NCBI GenBank assembly: GCA_965199955.1
Contig: CBDATQ010000002.1
Coordinates: 1,130,374-1,194,373, forward strand
Reading direction: 5' to 3'
DNA: 64,000 bases
From: Spirochaetia bacterium
Lineage (GTDB): Bacteria; Spirochaetota; Spirochaetia; SZUA-6; Bin103
The notes under the pieces: generated by a model
What the model was told of the DNA's origin: nothing
Database searches by the model: none
Seen by the model: the letters and a program-made list of their open reading frames with translations, nothing else
In this document: in pieces, positions 52,177-61,705 of the stretch
How the letters are laid out: every line of letters starts with the position of its first letter
Position numbering within the stretch: position 1 is the stretch's first letter
Made by a program: the position numbers and the translations under genes

Positions 52177-55017
52177 TCACTCCTCGCCGAGCTTCAGCGC
52201 CTCGTGCACGCGCAGCCGGCGCACCAGGGATTGGAACAGCACGGCGCCGGCGGCCATGATGACGAGCGCCAGGACGTAGAAGCGCAGGTAGTCGCTGCGC
52301 AGGGCGACCACCCGGAAGGGCAGGATCTGCTCTGCGGCCGGGCCGGCAAGCTGCAGCAGCGGCACGTACATCACCGCCGCAAGTTGCCCGATCGCCAGCC
52401 CGGTCAGAATCGCGAAGCCGCCGGTCAGAAGCTGCTCCAGCACCAGCATGCCGACCACCTGCCGCCGGTGCACGCCCAGGGCGCGCAGCAGGCCGAACTG
52501 CAGGGTGCGCTCGCGCAGCGCGAACACCAGGAACAGCACGTAGCCGGTCACGCTCACCAGCACGGCGGTGAGGAAGCCGAAGGTGAGCACGCCGTTGGTG
52601 CCCTGCAGCAGCGGGTCGTTCTTGGCCTCGATGGTGAGCTGCGACGTGTCCCGGATCTCCAGGACGCGCAGATCCTCCTCTTCCACGGCGGTGTAAAGCG
52701 GGCCGCTTTGCGCGCCCGGCTCCAGATCCATCCACAGCTCGTACGGCTCGGTGGCCATCTTCGCGAACACGTAGTCGAAGTTGGCCACGGCGAACGTGCG
52801 CGTGCGGCCCCGGCCGGCGGCGTTCGGATCGAACGACGGCCAGTAGTCGACGAAGCCCAGCACGACCGCCTGGAGCGGCAGCTGCCGCTTCCAGGTGAGG
52901 CGCACCAGGTCGCCGAGCCGCACGTTGCCCCGATCGCGGAGGTCGGCCGACAGCAGGACGCCGGTCGGGTGCTCGGAGAGGAGGTTCAGGTGGTGGTTGA
53001 TGTGGGACGGCAGCAGGTCGCTGCGGAACCAGGTGATGCGGCCGAACTCGTGTGGGACCACGGCCATCACCTGCAGGGCCACGCGGGAGCTGCCGGGGAC
53101 GATCATGCTGGCCGACGGAGCGCGGAACACGGTGGTGAGCTGGTCGACCCCCGGCAGGGCGCGGAACGGCCCGAGCGGCGGCGCCCGGTACTGGACCGCC
53201 GGCGCGGAGCCGGACGGCGCGGCCGGGGCTGCCACCGGATCCAGCAGATCCACGCTCTCCGGAGGCTCGTCGCTCTGGAACTCCGGCAGCAGCGCGAGGT
53301 CTGCTCCGACCTGGTAGGAGATGTCGTCTTCCGCGCTTCGATTGATCGTGCGGGCGGTTGTGCTGGAGGCCAGGCCCACGCCCAGGGTCAGGATCAGGAA
53401 GGTCATCGCGAAGTACTCGCGGCCGCGCGAGCGGCCTACCTGCACCAGGCCGGCATACAGGGCCGGCGACCACAGGGCTCGCCCCAGGCGGAACACCACC
53501 CGCACCGCGATCGGAAACAGGCGCAGGGTCAACAGGCCCGCGCCCAGGATGAACGCCGTCGACGCCAGGAACAGCAACGGGTCGAGCGGCGCCGACTCGG
53601 CCGGAATCAGCTCCTGGATCGTCCGGCGCTGGCGGAACGACACGAAGGCGTAGCCGGACAGGCCGAGCAGCACGAAGTCGAGCATGAACCGCTGCCACGG
53701 TAGCGAGCGCGGCGCGCGCGCGTGTCGGCTCTTCAGCCCGACGATGGACACCCCCGTGGTGCGCACCAGCGGCACCACCAGCGAGCCGACGAAGATCGCC
53801 ACACCCAGGAGGGCATAGCCGACCATCTTCCAGCTCAACAGGAGCGGCAGCGCCGGCCGCGCCACGAAGTCCAGGAAGCCGTTGGAGGCGCCGATCACCC
53901 GCACGATCAGGACCGCCAGCGGCAGGCCGAGCACCAGGCCGATCGCGCCCAGCAGCAGCGCCTCGATCAGGTAGGCGGAGAGGATCTGGCGGCCGGCGGC
54001 GCCGCGGCTCTTCAGCACGGCGATCTCGTTGCGGTCGCCGTCGATGACGAGCTGCGACAGCATCGCCACGAACAGCAGCAGCAGCAGCGCCGACGGGATC
54101 TGCAGGAACGACAGGGTGCGCTGCAGCGTGGCCGCGCGCAGCAGGTAGGACTCCAGGAGCGGCGCGATCGCGAAGTTGAAGCTCACGCCCGCGGGCGCCG
54201 CCAGGCGCACGTAGTCCTGGTAGCGGCGCATCACGGTGGGCACGTCGCGGATCGTCAGCTCGTGGTAGTCGATCGCGTAGTGCCAGTAGGCGCGCGTCAG
54301 GTTGCGCGCCTCGGTGTCCAGGAAGTGGCGTTCGAACGTGGAGAAGTCGATCAGGTAGCTGGTGGACAGCCGGGAGAAGCGGCCGAACCAGAACAGGTCG
54401 CGCGGGTCGCTCTTGGTGAACACGCCCACGACCTTGATCATGAGCCTCGGCACGTGGCCGAGCAGATCGTGGAGCTGATAGGTGCGGCCGAGCTGCAGCT
54501 CCAGCTCCCGAAACGCCTCCGCGGTCACCAGTGCCTCGTACACGTCGGTGCCGTCTCCGGCCGGGTCGCCCGTGGCCGGCTCGAACATGCGGCCGTGGGT
54601 CACCTCGACGTGCGCGCCCAGGTTCTCGATCGCCTCCACGCGGGCGAAAACCTTGGTCTCACCGTCTCCGGAGGCCCGGATGTCGTACACGTAGTCCAGG
54701 CGGAGCTGCCGCATGGCGGCGATGATCGGCACCCGCAGCGCCGGCACCAGGCGCTGGACGAGCTCCCGGTCGATCTCGCGGACGTAGCGAGCACGCTCGG
54801 CCTTGCGGCGCAGCGCGTACAGGTCGACTTCCAGGACGGCGGTGCCCGGATAGCGCCCGGTGCGCGCCTGCTGGCGCTCCAGGTCGCGGGTGAGCAGGCG
54901 TTGCAGCACCCCGTCGGCGTACATGGGCGTGGAGGCCAGCAGCGCCACGCTGAGCGTGGCCGCCGCCGCCAGCGCGATCGCCAGCCAGCCCCGCCCGCGG
55001 ATACGCCGCGCGATCAA
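52177..55017 (-). CDS. ABC transporter permease with two FtsX-like domains (946 aa)
   Basis: Large multi-TM protein with repeated FtsX-type 4-TM blocks and large extracytoplasmic loops. It lies 8 nt downstream of the HlyD gene. Confidence 0.8.
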   Translation of the reverse strand: MIARRIRGRGWLAIALAAAATLSVALLASTPMYADGVLQRLLTRDLERQQARTGRYPGTAVLEVDLYALRRKAERARYVREIDRELVQRLVPALRVPIIAAMRQLRLDYVYDIRASGDGETKVFARVEAIENLGAHVEVTHGRMFEPATGDPAGDGTDVYEALVTAEAFRELELQLGRTYQLHDLLGHVPRLMIKVVGVFTKSDPRDLFWFGRFSRLSTSYLIDFSTFERHFLDTEARNLTRAYWHYAIDYHELTIRDVPTVMRRYQDYVRLAAPAGVSFNFAIAPLLESYLLRAATLQRTLSFLQIPSALLLLLFVAMLSQLVIDGDRNEIAVLKSRGAAGRQILSAYLIEALLLGAIGLVLGLPLAVLIVRVIGASNGFLDFVARPALPLLLSWKMVGYALLGVAIFVGSLVVPLVRTTGVSIVGLKSRHARAPRSLPWQRFMLDFVLLGLSGYAFVSFRQRRTIQELIPAESAPLDPLLFLASTAFILGAGLLTLRLFPIAVRVVFRLGRALWSPALYAGLVQVGRSRGREYFAMTFLILTLGVGLASSTTARTINRSAEDDISYQVGADLALLPEFQSDEPPESVDLLDPVAAPAAPSGSAPAVQYRAPPLGPFRALPGVDQLTTVFRAPSASMIVPGSSRVALQVMAVVPHEFGRITWFRSDLLPSHINHHLNLLSEHPTGVLLSADLRDRGNVRLGDLVRLTWKRQLPLQAVVLGFVDYWPSFDPNAAGRGRTRTFAVANFDYVFAKMATEPYELWMDLEPGAQSGPLYTAVEEEDLRVLEIRDTSQLTIEAKNDPLLQGTNGVLTFGFLTAVLVSVTGYVLFLVFALRERTLQFGLLRALGVHRRQVVGMLVLEQLLTGGFAILTGLAIGQLAAVMYVPLLQLAGPAAEQILPFRVVALRSDYLRFYVLALVIMAAGAVLFQSLVRRLRVHEALKLGEE

Positions 55018-55025
55018 CGGCGCGC

Positions 55026-56042
55026 TCAGCGGAGCACCACCACCTCGCCGACCGCAAGACCGTCGACGATCTCCACCTCGGTCGACGTGGACAACCCCAC
55101 CTCCACGGACCGCTCGATGCGCAGGTCGTCCTCCAGCACGAACACGAACCGGCGGTTGACGTAGGTCTGCACCGCGTCCGACGGCAGCACGATCACGTCC
55201 TCGCGCCGGTCGGTCACCATCGACGCGGTGCCGGTCTGGCCGCGGGTGAGCGTCCCCGGTGGGGCGTCGACGCGGACCAGCACCACGTCGCGCATCTCAT
55301 CCGGTGCGTCGAGCGGCGCGTTGCGAGGCGTCATCACCACCTCACCGGGATACGTGTCTCCGCGCAGGTTGATGGTGACCTCGCGGCCGAGCGAGAACTC
55401 GTCGTCGCGCTGCCCGCGGTAGGCGAACAGCAGGTCGCGCGGGTCGGCGACCTGCACCACGGTCTGCCGGGCGCCGATCGGCTCGCCCGGAAAGACACGG
55501 GTGACGAACACCACCTCGCCGTCGAACGGCGAGCGCAGCGTGGACTTCGCAAGCTCCGTTTCAAGCTGATCCAGCGCCAGCCGCTCCAACTGAACGTCGA
55601 GCCTGGCCATCTCCTGCTGGAAACGGTCTGCCCCGAGCGCCGCGGCCCGCTCCATCCCGAGCTCCGCGCGGCGCACGCGGATTCGCTGGCGTTCGACGTC
55701 CAGACTCAGCGTGTCGGTGTCGAGCGTCGCCAGCACCTGGCCTGCCGTCACGTCGTCGCCCAGCCGCACCAGCACTTCCTTCAGGCGCCCGGAGCGTTCC
55801 CCGAACTGCAGCGCGATCTGCGTCGGATAGACGATGGCGCCGCCGACCACGACGCGGCGCTCGATGGTGTCCAGCTCCACGACCCTGGTTCGGTAGGTAA
55901 TCTCCGGAGGCTCGACCAGGGGAGGCGCCAGGATCGCCTCCTCCCGGGGCAGCAGGAAGCAGCCGGCGGTCAGGGCGGCCGCCAGCAGCAGCGCCGTCGC
56001 GGGGCGTCGGCGCTGCAGGGATCGCATGACTCCGGCGGGCAT
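55026..56042 (-). CDS. HlyD/MacA-type periplasmic adaptor (membrane-fusion) lipoprotein
   Basis: 338 aa with lipobox LTAGC, a coiled-coil segment, and beta-barrel motifs (..TLRSPFDGEVV.., ..VLPSDAV..). Confidence 0.75.
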   Translation of the reverse strand: MPAGVMRSLQRRRPATALLLAAALTAGCFLLPREEAILAPPLVEPPEITYRTRVVELDTIERRVVVGGAIVYPTQIALQFGERSGRLKEVLVRLGDDVTAGQVLATLDTDTLSLDVERQRIRVRRAELGMERAAALGADRFQQEMARLDVQLERLALDQLETELAKSTLRSPFDGEVVFVTRVFPGEPIGARQTVVQVADPRDLLFAYRGQRDDEFSLGREVTINLRGDTYPGEVVMTPRNAPLDAPDEMRDVVLVRVDAPPGTLTRGQTGTASMVTDRREDVIVLPSDAVQTYVNRRFVFVLEDDLRIERSVEVGLSTSTEVEIVDGLAVGEVVVLR

Positions 56043-56166
56043 CGGCCGGCATTATGCACCGGGCGGCTAGGACGTGGCCTGCTCGATCGGCAGTGCAGGC
56101 CCGGCCGGATGGGCACCCGGTATCATCTCCGCCGTCAAAGATGGTCGTTCAAGCAGGCGGACTCGC

Positions 56167-56937
56167 ATGACCGCAGCCGAGATCGCGCGCCAGATCTACG
56201 CTCCGCGATACGCTCTGGCCTCGGCTGTCCGACGCGCCGAGCTCGCGGAGATGGGCGGCGGCTTCCTGACGATCGACCGGTCGTCGGGTACGGAGTATCC
56301 CTCGACCAACCGCAACCGGGCCGAGTTCGTCGGCGTGACCCGGCCGGCGAGACGCAGCGAGGTAGCGGCGATCACCGAGCGATTCTCCGCCGCCGGAGTG
56401 AGTCGCTGGTTCTTCTGGCTGAGTCCGTGCGCGCAGGAGGAAGAGATCCGGCAGTGGCTGCTGGAGGTGGGGCTGCAGCCGTTCGACGGCCCGCGATACA
56501 TCACGCTGGCGCGCTCCGCCGAAGCGGTAGCGCCCCATGAGACGGCACTTCGCGTGCGCGCGCTGACGGCGCCGGAACTGCACGCCCACACGGGGTTTCT
56601 GACCGAGCTCTACGGCGACTTTGCCGGCTCCTGCCGGGGGACGATCGGCCGCGAGACTGCATCCACTACCTGGCGTTCGACGGCGATCGTCCGGTCGCGC
56701 GGGGCGCAGAACGCCCTGATCGCGGCCCGCGTTCGCGCCGCGCACGCCCGCGGCTGCCGGATCGTGATGGCGGAGACGCTGAGCATCCTGCGTCCGTCGC
56801 TCGCCAACCTGGTCCGCCACGGGTTCCGCGAGTGCTACGACACGCAGGTCTACGTACGCGCGCAACGCCTGATCGTGCCGAGCACGTCCCCGAACGGGCA
56901 GCGCGCCGCTCGCGCGAAGGTCAATCGTCGTCGGTGA
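56167..56937 (+). pseudogene. GNAT-family acetyltransferase-like gene, apparently decayed
   Basis: The C-terminal core RGAQNALIAARVRAAHARGCRIVMAETL..NLVRHGF is GNAT-like. The expected preceding strand (CIHYLAFDGDRPVARGA) is in another frame, and about 25 codons seem deleted at a GCGCGGGGCGC microhomology. The tail runs into repeat R1a. Confidence 0.4.
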
Positions 56938-57215
56938 GCGTGAGCGAGGAATAAGTACCAATCTGGTACCCGCCGAACATGGCGCGCACCCGTACCTGGT
57001 AGGTGGTCTGCGGTAGCAGGCCGGTGATCGTGTAGCTGGTGGCGGTGCTCGCGAGGCCGGTGACGTTGGTCCAGTCCGCGTCGGAGTTGCTCCGCCATCG
57101 CAGCTCGTAGCCGGTGATGGCCAGCTCTGCAACGGGGCCGCCCACGTGACCGTCACGCTGGTCTGATCTTGCGTTCCCGCGGACAAGGCGGGCGCTGCCG
57201 GCGTTTCGGAGTCCG
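56916..57215 (-). repeat. Repeat R1, copy a (300 bp; frameshifted fibronectin-III-like gene tail)
   Basis: Encodes ..TPAAPALSAGTQDQTSVTVTWAAP / VAELAITGYELRWRSNSDADWT..TTYQVRVRA..SSLTLTDDD*. A second copy is at 62550-62796. Confidence 0.8.
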
Positions 57216-58108
57216 ACGCTTCCGTCAACGTCGGTCCCCGGCTGCATGCTCCCAGCAGCAAATCGGCGATGGAGCTCCGAAAGGGTGGCCTCCGCGTCTT
57301 GCCACTCGGGACCGCCATCCGGGACCTCGGACGGAGCCCGTGCGAACGGTATGCCAGCACCCCAACGCTCCGCCGCAGTAAGCATGATCCGATCCATCCG
57401 TTCGCGCATCAGCCACGGGCGGTGAGCGCCTCGAAGAAGCCCGCGGCCACGCCAATCCGAAATCCCGCGACTACGGATAGCGATCATCACAAGCCGGTCG
57501 CGCTCCAAGCGCATTTCGCCATTGTCCGTCTCCTGATATATCGCCGTCACTTCCCCGACATCATCGAGATCAGCACGGGACAGCGAGTTCGAAGGCCGCA
57601 GGCGCAGGCGTTCCGGCACCATTCGCCCCCCCGCATCTTCACTCGGCGCCCAAACTTGCTCCATGACTGAATGGCCAATCGGAATAGCTGTCAGCATGTC
57701 CCTCAACGTCGCTTGCCAGCCATCCCGGAGACCGTGGAGCAGAACGTTCTGCATCGTGTCGGCCACTTCCTGCTCTTTTCTGGCCTGCGCCTTGCTCATC
57801 GGGTCTGCTGGAGGAACAACAGACCACTCAGCGCTCATAATCGGCAGCTCTATCGCCTGGAGGACAGCAGAAATCTCGTCATCACGCTCCATTCTGGACC
57901 AGAGCTCTGCTGTCTCCTGCCACTGCGACCCGTGATCATCGATCGAATCCCAAAGCGGGGAGTCGGCGGAGACGAGTTGCGGCCCGCGGGACGAGCCTCG
58001 TTCCTCGGTTGGCGCCTGCGCGGCATCGCCTCGACGATTCAATGCCTGCACGCGAGAGCGAGCCGCTTCAACGCGGAAACGTGCTCTGGATATGCTGTTT
58101 CTTTCCAC
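56921..58108 (-). pseudogene. Phage portal protein (DUF935/Mu gp29-like) N-terminal ~290 aa fused to the R1 Fn3 tail
   Basis: ..WSRMERDDEISAVLQAIELPIMSAEWSVVP..GHSVMEQVW..RPWLMRERMDRIMLTAAERWGAGIPFARAP.. matches DUF935. The homology stops at about 57215, where repeat R1a begins. Confidence 0.6.
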
Positions 58109-58191
58109 GACGTCCTACAGTCTATGCACATCTCCCTTGGCCCATCAAAGGGTGATGCGTCAGTTTGAACTTTCTTTTTCTGCCTGCGGAT

Positions 58192-58221
58192 TTGACCGTA
58201 GATGTGCCGGTGCGGTACATT
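58192..58221 (+). promoter_or_regulatory. Candidate promoter TTGACC-18-TACATT for the low-G+C cassette
   Basis: Near-consensus -35 and -10 boxes about 200 nt upstream of the first small ORF. The leader contains a 12-bp palindrome (GAGTAGCTACTC, 58306-58317) and three short GC hairpins. Confidence 0.35.
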
Positions 58222-58420
58222 CAACCCCAACAGAGAGAAGGCGGCCAGCGCGGCGCGGCGTATATGCCGGGTCACTGGTCGAATACAACAGCCGCATGGG
58301 CAGGAGAGTAGCTACTCCGGCCCGGAGTGAACAGGCCGGTATATTGGTCTCTCCCGCGCCGAGCGCGGTTGCCTTCTCTGGAACGGCCCGGCATCTCTGC
58401 GTGCCGGCAGGAGGAGGACC

Positions 58421-58525
58421 ATGCTCGATTTCCGATTTCGACTTCGCGCCCACCATCGTCGGTGCGACCCATGCCTGTGCAAACAGCGCCCCTTGCCGGG
58501 CCAGCAGCGGAGGTGGACAGGATGA
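58421..58525 (+). CDS. Small ORF 1 (34 aa, basic, Cys-rich), hypothetical
   Basis: ATG after AGGAGGAGGA; MLDFRFRLRAHHRRCDPCLCKQRPLPGQQRRWTG. The stop overlaps the next ATG (ATGA). Confidence 0.3.
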   Translation: MLDFRFRLRAHHRRCDPCLCKQRPLPGQQRRWTG

Positions 58526-58653
58526 TCCATCGGAGATTTCTACTTCGCGCCACGATCGTGGATGCGAACCATGCACGGACTGCGCAACGCCACAATGAGG
58601 CGTTCGCCAAGCGCCCGCGGCTTCACCGGAAGCCTGTCCCTCTGGGTGCCTGA
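58522..58653 (+). CDS. Small ORF 2 (43 aa, basic), hypothetical
   Basis: ATG after GGAGGTGG; MIHRRFLLRATIVDANHARTAQRHNEAFAKRPRLHRKPVPLGA. It lies in a ~100-nt tandem duplicate of the ORF 1 region. The stop is 2 nt before the next ATG. Confidence 0.3.
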   Translation: MIHRRFLLRATIVDANHARTAQRHNEAFAKRPRLHRKPVPLGA

Positions 58654-58655
58654 CC

Positions 58656-59252
58656 ATGAAGGGGAAGACGGCAATCTTGCTGTTGCTGATACTTTCCGCG
58701 CTGATCGCGCAGGCAGACTGGGAGCCGACGGAGTACGGCGGCTGGTACTACGTGGAGCAGGTGAGTGCTCTCGAAACGGCCAAGTGGTTAGCGATGACGG
58801 CGTCCACCGGAGGGGGAATCCGGTGGACGCTCAGCAGGTCATGCGAAGGCCCGCTCACTCTGAGCGCATCAGCAAGCGACTGGGGGACTGTAACCAGCCG
58901 AGGCAAAATCAGACGCGAACGCTTAGGCCGCGGGTGTACGTTCACGCGGTTCGGACAGGTTTGCGAGAGATACGAGACGGTTTGGTACTACGACGCTCGC
59001 TTCCGCATCGATGACGGCGAGATCCAGCGTTGGACTTGGCGGTACGGATGGAACAGCAACGCCGGACAGGAAGTCTTGGTGACCGAGTGGCCGGGATCTG
59101 AATACTACGGAGACCCCATGCTGATAGGTAATCGGCTCGTCATCGAGATCATCCCTTCATCCGGCGTGCTGGTCTTCGATACAACTGACTTCGCCGCGGC
59201 GCTGGCTGAGCACTGCGGATTCAAGCCCTTCTATCCACCGCCGGAGGCTTGA
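58656..59252 (+). CDS. Secreted hypothetical protein (198 aa)
   Basis: Signal peptide MKGKTAILLLLILSALIAQA; Trp/Tyr-rich mature part; no family recognised; followed by a long hairpin. Confidence 0.55.
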   Translation: MKGKTAILLLLILSALIAQADWEPTEYGGWYYVEQVSALETAKWLAMTASTGGGIRWTLSRSCEGPLTLSASASDWGTVTSRGKIRRERLGRGCTFTRFGQVCERYETVWYYDARFRIDDGEIQRWTWRYGWNSNAGQEVLVTEWPGSEYYGDPMLIGNRLVIEIIPSSGVLVFDTTDFAAALAEHCGFKPFYPPPEA

Positions 59253-59253
59253 T

Positions 59254-59302
59254 GTAGCGCGTAGGGGCGCCGGCACAGCGACCGCCGGCGCTCCTACGCT
59301 AC
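59254..59302 (+). terminator. Long imperfect hairpin (~19-bp stem) after the secreted-protein gene
   Basis: GTAGCGCGTAGGGGCGCCGGC-acagcgac-CGCCGGCGCTCCTACGCTAC starts 2 nt after the stop codon. There is no clear U-tract. Confidence 0.5.
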
Positions 59303-59428
59303 TCATCCTCCAGGCTGTTGCGCCGCGTCGTCACCTGCGGGGGCGGCCAATGGCACCCTGCCACAGAACTGCACAACGGATGCGCGCGCATTCAAGCTGA
59401 CACACTTACCCAGCGCGCCGCTGAGCGG

Positions 59429-59457
59429 TTGACCAACGCAGGCAGTTGTTGTATCTT
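59429..59457 (+). promoter_or_regulatory. Near-consensus promoter TTGACC-17-TATCTT, 7 nt upstream of an ATG
   Basis: The -10 box ends 7 nt before the ATG at 59465, which fits a leaderless transcript for the paralogue pair. Confidence 0.5.
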
Positions 59458-59464
59458 CCAGACC

Positions 59465-59910
59465 ATGCACAGAATATGTGATCACCCGGACTGGGTAACC
59501 CCTCGCGCGACAATCAACCTTATTCGAAATGTTCAAGGAGATTGACGCCGTAGTCCGCAAGGACATTTCGCGCTTCAACCGTCTGTCCGAATACGACCGA
59601 GGGGGACGTCAGTATAAGTGTACCAGCCAATCAGATTCCTGCACGATCGTGACCAACTCCTTCGATGACCAAGCTGATAAGATGACGCTCAATCTTATCG
59701 GCGATGAATACATCGAGGTCCTCAGGAACAACAGTGTGGTGTTCCTTGTACGGATTTACTTGGAACCCTTGGACGATCTCGTATGATTTCATTATTGATG
59801 ACGACGACGGCCCGATGAGAATGTGGGAGATCAGCCAAAAGGTGCTTGCAGATTTTCTCTTCCCTCGGGAATCTTTGCGGCCTCCTGAAGGCGCCATCAG
59901 GTCATGCTGA
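59465..59910 (+). pseudogene. Paralogue B of the 59904 gene, two frameshifts
   Basis: MHRICDHPDWVTPRATINLIRN / FKEIDAVVRKDISRFNRLSEYDRGGRQYKCTSQSDSCTIVTNSFDDQADKMTLNLIGDEYIEVLRNNSVV / SLYGFTWNPWTISYDFIIDDDDGPMRMWEISQKVLADFLFPRE. Read across three frames, it aligns along the whole 59904 product. Confidence 0.55.
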
Positions 59911-60689
59911 ATAAGTCAGCGATCCACAACTGGGTGGAAGAGCGCGCGGCGCGGACCATCGTCGACACGTTCAAGGAGATTGCAAGACAAATCCGTAATG
60001 ACGTCGAGTGCTTCAACAATCTCCCCTACAGCAAACGCGAAGGGCGTCGGTATCAGTACAATATTCACGATAATAACTGCATCACCGTGACCAGAGACCT
60101 CGATCGAGGCGACGATAAAGTGACGTTCAGGCTTGTCGACGATGAGTACATCGATGTCTCACGAAACGACGTCACGAAGTTAGCAGTGTGGTTAGAGTGG
60201 AACCCTGATATGAACACGCACCAAATCTTCGTTGACGATGATGACGCGCCGACATACACATGTAATATCAGCCAAAAGGCGATCGGCGACCTCCTTTTCC
60301 GCAGAACCATTGTTCGCGTTCTGGACCGTAGCCGAACGACAGTAGAAGTATCAAAGACCGCGCGTCACCGACCATTTGCGCCCGCCTCTCTGCCCCCATC
60401 GCCGACGATTCGTCGACTTCGTAGGGTCCGGGCGCCTGCTCAACATATCCAACGCCATACAGAGAGCTACAATAGGATCTATCACGTCGCGCTGATCCGA
60501 ACGGTCGGGCTGGACGTATCCTGCCGCGTCGCTCTTGAGGCGCGTAAGGCTGGCAGCGTGCCGCAGCAGCGGACAGCCGCCATGCGCCAGCAACCCGCCG
60601 CGAACCAAGCGTTCCACTTCCCTTACTCCAGCGGTCATGCCGCGCGGCGATTGAATCACCGACGTACATTCATAGCCGGCTTCAGTTAG
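59904..60689 (+). CDS. Hypothetical protein, paralogue C (conserved part ~135 aa; the 3' end probably reads through into antisense terL)
   Basis: MLNKSAIHNWVEERAARTIVDTFKEIARQIRNDVECFNNLPYSKREGRRYQYNIHDNNCITVTRDL..VWLEWNPDMNTHQIFVDDDDAPTYTCNISQKAIGDLLFRR. This is the lowest-G+C part of the window. Composition changes at about 60350. Confidence 0.5.
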   Translation: MLNKSAIHNWVEERAARTIVDTFKEIARQIRNDVECFNNLPYSKREGRRYQYNIHDNNCITVTRDLDRGDDKVTFRLVDDEYIDVSRNDVTKLAVWLEWNPDMNTHQIFVDDDDAPTYTCNISQKAIGDLLFRRTIVRVLDRSRTTVEVSKTARHRPFAPASLPPSPTIRRLRRVRAPAQHIQRHTESYNRIYHVALIRTVGLDVSCRVALEARKAGSVPQQRTAAMRQQPAANQAFHFPYSSGHAARRLNHRRTFIAGFS

Positions 60690-61705
60690 CCTCTGTGCCG
60701 TCGCTTCCGCCGACCATCGATCGTAGCCGACCCAGCAGCCATCCGGCATGATCCGGCGCAGGTCTGTCTCGACAGCGCGATAGTCTATAACCGATCCGGG
60801 CAACTCCTTGATCGCTCCGGCGGCGATCAAGGCTTGGAGGAACTTCCTCTGCGAATCGGTCCGCCGCTTCGATTGCAGCGCTCCCTTCGGCAGCCAAGAA
60901 TAGAGCCGGCAGCCCACCCGATCATCAACCCTCCATGCCAGCGCAAGACAAGTCATGTCAGAGACGTGGCCCACGTCGAATCCGGCTCCGACCGCTGCTC
61001 CTTCCGGGACGCGCCCGAGGTCCTCAGCGCATGAATCCCATTCGTCAAGGTCGAGCCAAGGAGAATCCTGAAGTTCCACCCAGCGATTGAGCCGCCACTG
61101 CTCATAATTCACTCTCTCGCGCGCAGACTGTCGCGCCCTCTCGATGCCCTCGATGATGTGTTCTTCCGTGATAGTGATTCCGAGCATCGGATTGCAGGTC
61201 TCAGCCATTGCCGTGGCAGGATCGTCCCAAGGAGCGTCCGGCGGAGCCTCGAAAATCACCGGCAGCAGTCGCCTGTCCTCGATTTCTCCGTCCCGAACCT
61301 TACGCGCATGCTCAACGAGCTCCCATCCAAGCCCTTCACGCCGCCTCCCAGCCGTAGTAAGCGCCATCACCAGAGGCTCCGACCGCGCCGCACTCGCCTC
61401 CGGGCTGGTAAGCGCCTCCCAAGACTCGCGAGCACGCGATGAAGTCCATGCGTGGACCTCATCGCAGATCACAACCGATGGCGAGGATCCCTGAAGCTTG
61501 CCAGCGCCAGTCTCAACCCCGATCACTCGGAGCACTCCGCCGTTCCCCGGCGCCGTAATCGTCATCGTGTGCTCCGCAATCTGACCATCAGCACGCCCAG
61601 GACTCGTGGGTGGAACGCCACGAGTCCACGATCGCATAACGATTTCATCGCGGCAGCCTCCAGAATCAAACCATATCGTATCTTGTCGTGATTCAAGAGC
61701 GTTCT
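60351..61705 (-). pseudogene. Phage terminase large subunit (Terminase_1-like), N-terminally truncated
   Basis: Walker-B-like VVICDEVHAW; nuclease-domain motifs AGFDVGHVSDMTCLALAW and VIDPIVALCMAL. The Walker-A region is missing, and upstream homology ends at repeat R2a. Confidence 0.65.

Noticed and set aside
58092-58657. 168-aa (+) and 165-aa (-) ORFs covering the leader of the low-G+C cassette.
   Set aside because: Both have non-protein-like composition and no RBS. They overlap the promoter, the hairpins and the two SD-led mini-ORFs, which explain the region better.
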